From Nanobdellota archaeon (GTDB lineage Archaea; Nanobdellota; Nanobdellia; Pacearchaeales; GW2011-AR1), in the NCBI GenBank assembly GCA_038045825.1, contig JBBSXJ010000004.1:11465-75464 (forward strand): a stretch of 64,000 nucleotides of DNA, read 5' to 3'. Of this stretch, positions 51,343 through 59,031 are shown one piece after another. Position 1 is the first letter of the stretch; each line of letters begins with the position of its first letter. Both the position numbers and the translations under genes were made by a program. The notes under the pieces were generated by a model that saw only the letters and a list, made by a program, of their open reading frames with translations, made no database searches and was not told the DNA's origin.

Positions 51343-52812
51343 TCAATTTTTATAAGTACCCATTCTAATATGTGCCTTAAACGCTCTAAGTTGCCCCTTA
51401 CTAAATGAAGTTGGATAACTATCAAAGATTTCATCAACAGGAATTCCATTTGAAAGAAAATCAATTGCTTCTTCTTTAGTTATTTTCTCTGCGGTTATAT
51501 CTTCAGGATCTTCAACAACTACATCTTCTCCAGCATGTTTAGAATCATAAGTACCCATTGTTACATGAGCTTTCCAAGCAGCTAAAGGTTTTCCATTTAC
51601 ACCCCTATATTTAGCTCTAACTTCATCAACAGTAGCACCACCTCTGAATTCTTCAATAGCTCTTTGCTTAGTGAGAACAGGTTTAGCAGATGAACCAAGA
51701 AAGACTCTCTGAGCAAGAGAACCGCCAGTAGCCCTTGATTTAAGCTTAGCAAATCTATCAATTCTTTTTTCCAATCTAGGCCGTTCAGATTTTGAGATAT
51801 TATTTATATTGTCTAGATAGGGTTTACCATCTTTCAAAGAAATTTTTGGCATTCCTGAAAAATCAAAATGTTCAAATAAGTTAACATCTACCAACATAGG
51901 AGAACCATTGTCTCCAATGTAGGACATGCGCAATTGGTCCGCAGCAAAATATGCTCCAATATTTTGATAAAATAAAATATTTGCACATAAATTTAGAGCA
52001 CTTACTACTTGAGGGCTAATTCTTTCTGAAGAACTACTATCAGAGGATCCAGAAAGAACATTTCTAATAATTGATTCAAGAGATTTCGTAGGATTTCTTT
52101 GTTTATCGACAAAGTCAACCAAAGTTTGCTTCAAAACTTGATGGACTAATAGGGGATTCCAAGAATCATCACCTTGGCTTAATCTAGAATAATTTGGATC
52201 AAAAGCTTGCTTAAAATATGAAATTTTTAGTAATGGATGTGGTTCACCTGTAGTAGTACCATCCATGAAAATAGCAGCAATCATACGAGAGATGAGATCA
52301 CTACGATTATCTTCCCAAGAGCTTCCATCTTCAAAGGTAAGCTTTTGATGTTCATGTTGAAACCAATTACGAGTATAACCTCCTTCGCGCTTACCTAAGA
52401 ACCATGTCGCAACAACACCTGAATCACCTAATATTTGATTAATAGCAATAGCTCTAAGAGCATCTCTTTCATCTAAACCGAATTGACCTTGATAATCTAA
52501 ATTAATAACATCAAATTTTCCAGGATTGCTGAGAAAATATTCAAGAACTCCATTAGGAGAATATACTAAATTCACACCTAATTTTTTACCATCCACTAAA
52601 TCTACTACATCTTTATCACGTTCAACAGCTACAATATTTTCTCTTCTAACTCCCAATGGATCCCATACTTGCTTTAATTCGGAATCTTCATGGCCTAAAA
52701 GTGTTACAACTTTTAGATTTTCTCTTTTCTTAGAAGAATATTTTGATTGAACGAATCCTCTAAGTCTGTTGCGAGCAGCATCCTTCGTTTTAAATGAATA
52801 TGTTTCTTTCAT
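51343..52812 (-). CDS. 489-aa hypothetical: methyltransferase-fold-like N-terminal region plus two C-terminal ~44-aa repeats
   Basis: VVTLLGHEDSE / VAVERDKD / FDVINLDYQG are spaced like MTase motifs I/II/IV. Tandem repeats end in WKAHVTMGTY and FKAHIRMGTY. The amino-acid usage is atypical for this window. Confidence 0.7.
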   Translation of the reverse strand: MKETYSFKTKDAARNRLRGFVQSKYSSKKRENLKVVTLLGHEDSELKQVWDPLGVRRENIVAVERDKDVVDLVDGKKLGVNLVYSPNGVLEYFLSNPGKFDVINLDYQGQFGLDERDALRAIAINQILGDSGVVATWFLGKREGGYTRNWFQHEHQKLTFEDGSSWEDNRSDLISRMIAAIFMDGTTTGEPHPLLKISYFKQAFDPNYSRLSQGDDSWNPLLVHQVLKQTLVDFVDKQRNPTKSLESIIRNVLSGSSDSSSSERISPQVVSALNLCANILFYQNIGAYFAADQLRMSYIGDNGSPMLVDVNLFEHFDFSGMPKISLKDGKPYLDNINNISKSERPRLEKRIDRFAKLKSRATGGSLAQRVFLGSSAKPVLTKQRAIEEFRGGATVDEVRAKYRGVNGKPLAAWKAHVTMGTYDSKHAGEDVVVEDPEDITAEKITKEEAIDFLSNGIPVDEIFDSYPTSFSKGQLRAFKAHIRMGTYKN

Positions 52813-52923
52813 TATAGGTTCCTAGTTTTATCTTAAAAATCTCACAAAACTACCTTATTTAAATATAACTAATAAGTAGTTACAAAAGAATAGCTTTAAA
52901 TAGATATTTTAGTCGCCCCTTCT

Positions 52924-53397
52924 ATGAAAAGTCGCAAATTGGAAGGAATTTTAGCAAGTGCCATTCCTTTAGTTGAAGCTATTTTTTACAGAAATTCAGC
53001 ACCTCACACTCCTACAGAAAGAATAATTGGTTCTGCTGAACCATTAATTAATAGTCCAAATATTACTCCTTATGTAGGCAATTTTCCGGAAAGTTTTGCT
53101 ATTCCTGCAATTGCAGGCTTTGTAGGAGATTATATTGAAGCTCAAGGTCATAGAACCGGAATAAAACTTTTACAAAAAATCGGGCAACACTTTCCAGAAG
53201 TTTCAGCAACCGCTGTAAGCACATATTTTGCTTTGGGAGAAACTATCTTGCCACAGATTTTGCCAGGTACAGCAGATATAAGGGATGTGCCTGTAGTTAT
53301 AATCAGTGCACTTGCTGGATATATGCTTGCGAAAGTTGGTAGAAAATCAGGATTCAACAATAGACTGTATTCTATTTCAAAAAATGCAACTCAATAA
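52924..53397 (+). CDS. Hypothetical membrane protein (Ala/Gly/Pro-rich)
   Basis: ORF track. Several hydrophobic segments; composition unlike the neighbouring genes. Confidence 0.5.
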   Translation: MKSRKLEGILASAIPLVEAIFYRNSAPHTPTERIIGSAEPLINSPNITPYVGNFPESFAIPAIAGFVGDYIEAQGHRTGIKLLQKIGQHFPEVSATAVSTYFALGETILPQILPGTADIRDVPVVIISALAGYMLAKVGRKSGFNNRLYSISKNATQ

Positions 53398-53666
53398 ATA
53401 AAGGATTATCGATACATTCCATTGCATCTTTTCCTTCTCGACAAACTTTAAAACCTCGCGCGATCCCACATCTTGTCGATGGCTGACAAGATCAATCCTT
53501 ACAAAATTAAGGAGAAATAAAATTCATGAAAAAGCCTTTAGAAAAACAAAAACCTATTATATAATCTCGTCAAATGGATCTAAGAATTCTGAAAAATTTA
53601 GAGAGTTTATAGGTTTTATTAATCCTAAACATGAATTTAGATATCAAAATTATCTAAAAAATAAAA

Positions 53667-53738
53667 TGGCGCTGGAGAGGATCAAACTCTCGACCCCGGC
53701 CTCATGAGAGCCGTGCTCTATCACTGAGCTACAGCGCC
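53667..53738 (-). tRNA. tRNA with anticodon CAT (elongator Met or Ile2)
   Basis: Acceptor GGCGCTG/CAGCGCC, anticodon arm CGGCT-CTCATGA-GGCCG, T arm GAGAG-TTTGATC-CTCTC. It lacks the initiator A1:U72. The TATA GTGTTTAAAAAAGC lies about 25 nt upstream. Confidence 0.85.
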
Positions 53739-53844
53739 AAAAATAGATGCTCTGGAGCTTTTTTAAACACTGCGAATTGATGTTCGCAAGCTTAAAAATC
53801 GCTTTTATAGTGCAATTTTTAAAGATATTGTGCTATGATATTTT

Positions 53845-54042
53845 ATGGCTACGCTTGAAGAAATTGTTGTTTCTCTGGGACAAGTAGGATTGTGGATACA
53901 GGCTGTTGGATTAATAGTAGTTTTGTGGATTATTGTTCAGTGTATTACTATGTATTTTAATCGCAAAAGAAGATTATTGCTTCAAGAAATTAATAAGAGG
54001 CTTAAGAGGGTTGAGGCTAAAATTAACAAACTAACTAATTAA
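53845..54042 (+). CDS. Small single-TM protein
   Basis: 65 aa. LWIQAVGLIVVLWIIVQCITMYF, then a basic coiled tail. It overlaps the S17e 3' end by 4 nt (convergent). Confidence 0.4.
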   Translation: MATLEEIVVSLGQVGLWIQAVGLIVVLWIIVQCITMYFNRKRRLLLQEINKRLKRVEAKINKLTN

Positions 54043-54287
54043 GAATATGATGTTTCTTGAGCAACGTCTTCTGTTTTTCTTATCTTAACTTGAGGGTTTT
54101 CTCTTGTAATTCTTTCTGCTTTCTTTAGTCTTGCAATGTAACCAGCTATCTTATTTCTTACTTTTTTAGAAGGCATTGTTGAGCCTAGAATCTTTTTGTT
54201 TGGGTTAAAATCTTCAACAAATGAGTCTTCTTTTAACATGAGCTCCTTGCTAGCTCTTTTGACCATTAATTGTTTTATTCTACCCAT
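54039..54287 (-). CDS. rps17e: Ribosomal protein S17e
   Basis: MGRIKQLMVKRASKEL...DFNPNKK....KKVRNKIAGYIARL matches S17e. Confidence 0.85.
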   Translation of the reverse strand: MGRIKQLMVKRASKELMLKEDSFVEDFNPNKKILGSTMPSKKVRNKIAGYIARLKKAERITRENPQVKIRKTEDVAQETSYS

Positions 54288-54347
54288 ATAGTTGGGTTTG
54301 GTTTGATGGGTTTTTAAAGTCTTTGAATGAGGTTTTGAGGAGTTTTA

Positions 54348-55229
54348 TTAAATTATTTTTTGATGCTTGATTAAATTAGACCATTCTTTATAGTAATCCA
54401 GGGCTTTTTTGTCTATTTCTCCTGGTGAAATGATTAGAGCTGGCATTTTTTCTGCTTGTGCTTTCTGCAATGTATTTACAATGTCCTCTAAAGTTATTTT
54501 CTTTTTGTCTTTTGCAACTAAATATAGTTCTTGATGTCCAAAATTTGTGTTAACTTTTATTCTTGCTATGAACTCTTTCTTCTTTGCTAGAATCTCTTTT
54601 GTAATTGCATAGTCTTTATCTCCAAGTGTTTTTCTTATTTTGTCTAGAAATGCGGATGATATTTCTTTTTTCACTTCTTTCATTATTACTGGATCTTCTG
54701 TTTTTATTTGTTCTAATATCTTTTCTTGTTTTATTTCTTCTTTTACTACTTGTTTTACTTCAACTTTTGGATTGACTATTTTTTCTATTATTTCTTTTGC
54801 CTTTTCATTTGATAAGGTATGTATTTTCCAAAATATCTTTTCTTGATTGTTGTCTATTATTTTTATTGGAACTGCAAAATCTTTTATGCTTCTTAGAGCT
54901 ACTCTTATTGCTGGTTCCTGTTCACTGTCTTGAAGAATTTCTTTTTCTTTTAGAAGTTTGAAAGCTTCTCTTTCTTTATGATTTAGGTATTCTGTGTATT
55001 TTTGGAGTTGTTCTTCTTGACCTTGAATATAATACAGTGGAGAGCCACCTACTCTCATGTTGCTTAATTTTAGTTTTTGTTCTCCTACTAACTCAGACAT
55101 AAATGCAGCTGTAAAAATGTTATTTTGACCTATTGTACTTGCAACCCTTACAGGAAACTCTGGACCTCTTTGTTGAATAACCTCTAATATCTTGCTTTTA
55201 GTCTGCAGGACTTTTTGCATATCTGGCAT
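54348..55229 (-). CDS. Hypothetical protein with N-terminal winged-helix-like domain
   Basis: ILEVIQQRGPEFPVRVASTIG...FMSELVGEQKLKLSNMRVGGSPLYYI, a K/E-rich middle, and a compact C-terminal domain. Family not identified. Confidence 0.55.
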   Translation of the reverse strand: MPDMQKVLQTKSKILEVIQQRGPEFPVRVASTIGQNNIFTAAFMSELVGEQKLKLSNMRVGGSPLYYIQGQEEQLQKYTEYLNHKEREAFKLLKEKEILQDSEQEPAIRVALRSIKDFAVPIKIIDNNQEKIFWKIHTLSNEKAKEIIEKIVNPKVEVKQVVKEEIKQEKILEQIKTEDPVIMKEVKKEISSAFLDKIRKTLGDKDYAITKEILAKKKEFIARIKVNTNFGHQELYLVAKDKKKITLEDIVNTLQKAQAEKMPALIISPGEIDKKALDYYKEWSNLIKHQKII

Positions 55230-55302
55230 AAGGAGGTAGTGAAATCACTCTATAAATAGTTTTATGGCTTAGATTTAAAAATATGGCTTTGAGCTTCAAT
55301 AT

Positions 55303-56958
55303 ATGGTATTTTCAAAGTTACGCAGAGGATTACTAGCAACTTTAGGGGGACTTGCTTTAGCTGGCTGTAGCTCTGAAGAAGACATAATCGAAAAAGTTCC
55401 TATTCAATATAGATCATCTGTTCAAAAGGCAATATTTTCAGCAGGAAATAATTCTAGTGAATTAATTAAGGCATTAGAAACTTTTAGAAACGATTCTGAA
55501 AAACTTGAGGCTACTAGTTTCTTGGTATCTGAAACTCCAAGGCGCATGCATAGAAAACATCCAGTTGATTGGACTTGGGATTTGGCTCATAAAGATTATA
55601 CTGAGATAAGCGATGTAGCTGTTATAAAATCTAATGATTTGGTAGATAATGTTAATTGGGCATTTGTTGCAAGAGATAGATTTCCTTGGGCTAAGGAATT
55701 ATATGATGGAAACAAACCATTATTCTTTAGCGGTGTTTTACCTTATAGATTAGGGACTTCTTCTATTCAACAACTTCCTGAAGATGTAGGACATTGGAGA
55801 GCTATTTTCTTAGATGAGAAAGTTTTTAGTGCTGTTAAGGAAAAATATGGATTAAAAACTGAATTTAAGGAAATAGAAGCAAAACTTGAAGACTTAGTAA
55901 ACTCATACAAACAAGCTACTACTCCAGATAAAAAGGATGCTGTTTTAAAAGATTTTACTAGATTTGTAGAATTTGATTTTATGCCTACTAATGGTCTAAA
56001 ATATTTTCCAAGAGGACCTGAAGAAAAAACCCTAGATGTTTTTCTTACTTCGGAAGTTAAAGATGGAGTTGTAAGAAGAGGCGGAAGATGTACAGATGGT
56101 GACAATAACTCTAGATATTTACATATGAGTGCAGGAATTCCTACATCTTCTATTCGTTTCATAGCCTGGCCTGCTGGAGATGATAATCATGAAGTTATGC
56201 GCGTTTTACTTCCTGGAAAACCTTTTGATATGTCTACTTGTATTCACGCAGATAACAATTCTGAACAATTAGAATATGTGGTTGGTAAGGTTGGTAAAGT
56301 ATATGAAGAAACTTGGGGAACTCGCGATGCTTCTTCTGAAGTAGTTTGGAATTTGAAAGATGGAGAAGAATTGCCTTGGTATATTAATTTTTATTTAAGA
56401 ACAAGATCTACAACAGATGTAACTGATAGATACGGGCCTACTAGAAATGTTAAGATACAAACTCAAAGACCTGGGCAACTTATATATTTAGGTGTAATGA
56501 ATAATAACTCAGATACTCCTCTTGGAACAGCTACTGTTGCTATAGATAGGGCAGATGAGAGAGGTATAGCAGAATTTGATAAAGTTGGAAGTGATAGTAT
56601 ATTTTACATACCTTATACTTATGATGAATTGAATGGTGAACCTATGGCTCGTGCTGTAAGTTTTCCATTCGTTTTAAGGAAAGATGGAACTGAAAGGATA
56701 TTTGGATCTGGATTTGATGCGACAAAATATTCCCCATCTACTTTGACTGGATTGGAACCCGGGAGAATTTACGAATTATCAGGTTTTTTTGTACAAAGTG
56801 GTTGGAGTTTAAGATCTACTATAACTTCAAGAAATAATGGAACTGCTGATGTAAGTCTTGCTGATAGCGCTGTTTACGTTTTAAGAAGTAAATCTAATAA
56901 TGAACTGATGTATTCTAGACCATTTGCTTTAACTGATGGTAAAATAGAGAAGTTCTAA
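55303..56958 (+). CDS. Transglutaminase-like cysteine protease-fold lipoprotein
   Basis: Classical lipobox MVFSKLRRGLLATLGGLALAGC/SSEE. The core is GGRCTDGDNNSRYLHMSAGIPTSSIRF...DDNHEVMRV (Cys/His of the transglutaminase-like fold). Confidence 0.7.
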   Translation: MVFSKLRRGLLATLGGLALAGCSSEEDIIEKVPIQYRSSVQKAIFSAGNNSSELIKALETFRNDSEKLEATSFLVSETPRRMHRKHPVDWTWDLAHKDYTEISDVAVIKSNDLVDNVNWAFVARDRFPWAKELYDGNKPLFFSGVLPYRLGTSSIQQLPEDVGHWRAIFLDEKVFSAVKEKYGLKTEFKEIEAKLEDLVNSYKQATTPDKKDAVLKDFTRFVEFDFMPTNGLKYFPRGPEEKTLDVFLTSEVKDGVVRRGGRCTDGDNNSRYLHMSAGIPTSSIRFIAWPAGDDNHEVMRVLLPGKPFDMSTCIHADNNSEQLEYVVGKVGKVYEETWGTRDASSEVVWNLKDGEELPWYINFYLRTRSTTDVTDRYGPTRNVKIQTQRPGQLIYLGVMNNNSDTPLGTATVAIDRADERGIAEFDKVGSDSIFYIPYTYDELNGEPMARAVSFPFVLRKDGTERIFGSGFDATKYSPSTLTGLEPGRIYELSGFFVQSGWSLRSTITSRNNGTADVSLADSAVYVLRSKSNNELMYSRPFALTDGKIEKF

Positions 56959-57467
56959 GGTTTCAACCAAGAGATTTCGTAATACAGGACATCGTTTTCA
57001 TCGTCAACTATGCCTATAAGGAGTTTCTTTTTTGTTGAATGTGCAACTCTGTTTTTTGCTGCAAAATCATGCCATGTGTGGGGTTCTGATTCTCTAACTG
57101 CATATGCAAGCCATAATGCATGGTCTTGACCTGGCATTGATCCTTTTTTGTAAATTCTAAAGTCTGCTCCGAATTTTAAGGCTGTTTTTACAATATATCC
57201 TTTTTCTCTTAAGTTTTCAAATAGAGTTAGTTTTGTTTCAATTCTTTTGTCATGTTTTTTTGCTATGTTTATTGCTTTGTCAAAACTGATTTCTTTGTTT
57301 TTATAGTTTAAAATTAATTTCTTTTTACTTGCTAGGAACAGAGCTTCTACCCATGAATATTCTATTCTGTCTCTTAACTTTTCTCCAAATCTTGACTTTT
57401 CATACCATGAAAAAGCATCACTTGATGTTGAATGTATTTTTTCACTTGTAACATGTGCTATTATCAT
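56955..57467 (-). CDS. endA: tRNA-splicing endonuclease (EndA, short homotetramer-type length)
   Basis: 170 aa. EALFLASKKKL, YIVKTALKFGADFRIYKKG and HALWLAY...AHSTKKKLLIG. Confidence 0.85.
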   Translation of the reverse strand: MIIAHVTSEKIHSTSSDAFSWYEKSRFGEKLRDRIEYSWVEALFLASKKKLILNYKNKEISFDKAINIAKKHDKRIETKLTLFENLREKGYIVKTALKFGADFRIYKKGSMPGQDHALWLAYAVRESEPHTWHDFAAKNRVAHSTKKKLLIGIVDDENDVLYYEISWLKP

Positions 57468-57519
57468 GTTCGAATAAGAAGACGAGAATATTTAAATATG
57501 AAGACCTTGAGGAAGTTAT

Positions 57520-57750
57520 ATGGAAGAAGAATTGTCTATGAGTGTTACATTGCATGAAGAAGAATTAGAAGACGGAAAGGTTTTTGTAGCGGACTGCGTA
57601 GAACTTGGGGTAAGCGATTTTGGAGATACTATTGATGAGGCTATTAATAATTTGAAAAACGGAATTAATCTTCTTTTACTGGAGGCTCCTGAAAAGAGAA
57701 AGCTTTTGCAGAGGAAAGAGCCAGTGCTTGTTACGAGAGTAAGTCTCTGA
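57520..57750 (+). CDS. hicB: HicB-like antitoxin (UPF0150 fold)
   Basis: VFVADCVELGVSDFGDTIDEAINNLKNGINLLL is the typical HicB N-domain. Confidence 0.65.
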   Translation: MEEELSMSVTLHEEELEDGKVFVADCVELGVSDFGDTIDEAINNLKNGINLLLLEAPEKRKLLQRKEPVLVTRVSL

Positions 57751-57940
57751 AATTCAAACCTGCTTGTTTTTCTATACTCTTTAAGGTTCCTATTGGAATT
57801 ATAGGTTTATGAAGTGGAATTACAACTGTTTTTTCTTCTTTTCTCATTATTAAATGTGTTCCACTTTGCCTGACTATTTTGAAGCCATTATTTTCTAATA
57901 TTTTTACAACTTCTCTTGTTTTTGTATTTTTCAACTTCAT
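57731..57940 (-). CDS. hicA: HicA-like mRNA interferase toxin
   Basis: TREVVKILENNGFKIVRQSGTHLIMRK....VIPLH..IPIGTLKSIEKQAGL. The start is moved to MKLKN (57940) to avoid overlapping mgtE. Confidence 0.75.
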   Translation of the reverse strand: MKLKNTKTREVVKILENNGFKIVRQSGTHLIMRKEEKTVVIPLHKPIIPIGTLKSIEKQAGLNFRDLLS

Positions 57941-57941
57941 T

Positions 57942-58931
57942 TTAAAGGAAGTAATTTGCAACTAATAGGTAAACTATTATAGATAAGGAGTCTGAAATAA
58001 CTGTTCCGAACGGTCCTCCCCCTAATGCAGGATCTCCCCCTAGTTTCTTTATAGTTAGAATTACTGTAAATGATGTTATTGTTGTTAAAGTCAATGATAG
58101 GAATGCGGCTAGGCTGATTATTGATGCTATTCCTCTATCCTGCCAGAATGAAGCTATTGTCAAGAAGAGCAGTGCACTAATCATAAGAGCTATTATGATA
58201 CTTATTATTCCTTGCTTTATCATATATTTGTGTATTTTCAGGTCTTTGCCCATTACTGCTAAATCCCTTACTAAAAGCGTTTCTATTTGAGTACATAACG
58301 CTCCGCATACATAAACTATTACTGGTATGAAGAATGCTAATATGAGATTTTGTTTAAGGGTATTTTCAAATACTCCTATAAATGCTGCAATTGCAAGCAT
58401 TCCCATCAAACCACTTATCAACCATGGAACTCTATGAACTACGCTTTCCATTATAGGAACATGCATTGTGCTTTCGTAATCTAAATGAGATTTATGAATG
58501 CCTGCAAAATGGAAGCTGTCTTTAGTTGAAGAGTGGTTAAGAATCTTTAAGATATTTTTACTTGACACTACACCTATTATTTTCTCATTTTCTACTATCG
58601 GGATTGCTTTTATTCCGTGTTTTAATGCTATGTGAGCTACTCTTTCAGTTTCTGTTTTGGCGGATGCAGTTATTACTCTTTTTTGCATAAACGCTTCTAC
58701 TGGTGTTTTTGAATGAAATCTAAATAAATCTTTAATTGAAAATACTCCTATTAGTTTTCTGTCTGATTCTACAACATAAATATAATCCATAACATCATAG
58801 AGATTGGATTTTTTTCTAAGCAAGTCATAAATCTCTGAAACTCTTTGATTTTTTTTTACCATTAAGAAATTTTTATCCATTACATCCCTTATAGGGATTG
58901 ATATCAAAGAAATGCTCTTTTTCATATCCAT
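57942..58931 (-). CDS. mgtE: MgtE-type magnesium transporter (CBS pair plus MgtE TM domain)
   Basis: Two CBS motifs, then TM helices ending in GGDPALGGGPFGTVISDSLSIIVYL. Confidence 0.8.
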   Translation of the reverse strand: MDMKKSISLISIPIRDVMDKNFLMVKKNQRVSEIYDLLRKKSNLYDVMDYIYVVESDRKLIGVFSIKDLFRFHSKTPVEAFMQKRVITASAKTETERVAHIALKHGIKAIPIVENEKIIGVVSSKNILKILNHSSTKDSFHFAGIHKSHLDYESTMHVPIMESVVHRVPWLISGLMGMLAIAAFIGVFENTLKQNLILAFFIPVIVYVCGALCTQIETLLVRDLAVMGKDLKIHKYMIKQGIISIIIALMISALLFLTIASFWQDRGIASIISLAAFLSLTLTTITSFTVILTIKKLGGDPALGGGPFGTVISDSLSIIVYLLVANYFL

Positions 58932-58978
58932 AATCAGTATTAGAAACTTTTAAACGTTATTAACTGAGGTTAATAGGC

Positions 58979-59007
58979 TTAAAACTTGTCTTATGCACAA
59001 GTTTTAA
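58979..59007. promoter_or_regulatory. 11-bp perfect inverted repeat TTAAAACTTGT-7 nt-ACAAGTTTTAA between divergent mgtE and leuS
   Basis: Read directly. The right arm overlaps the TATA-like GTTTTAAAT about 25-30 nt before the leuS ATG. Confidence 0.4.
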
Positions 59008-59031
59008 ATCCATGCTTTTTTAGTTTACATT

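Noticed and set aside
53470-53492. Hairpin ATCTTGTC-GATGGCT-GACAAGAT and the adjacent 12-codon ORF (about 53526) as a small RNA or leader peptide.
   Set aside because: It is an isolated 8-bp stem with no recognisable ncRNA family features (no C/D or H/ACA boxes). The mini-ORF is too short to support. It is mentioned only as part of the atypical segment.
53667-53738. Calling tRNA-CAT the initiator tRNA.
   Set aside because: It starts with a G1-C72 pair and lacks the three consecutive G-C pairs at the base of the anticodon stem. Elongator Met or Ile2 (modified CAU) is more likely, and I cannot distinguish these by eye.
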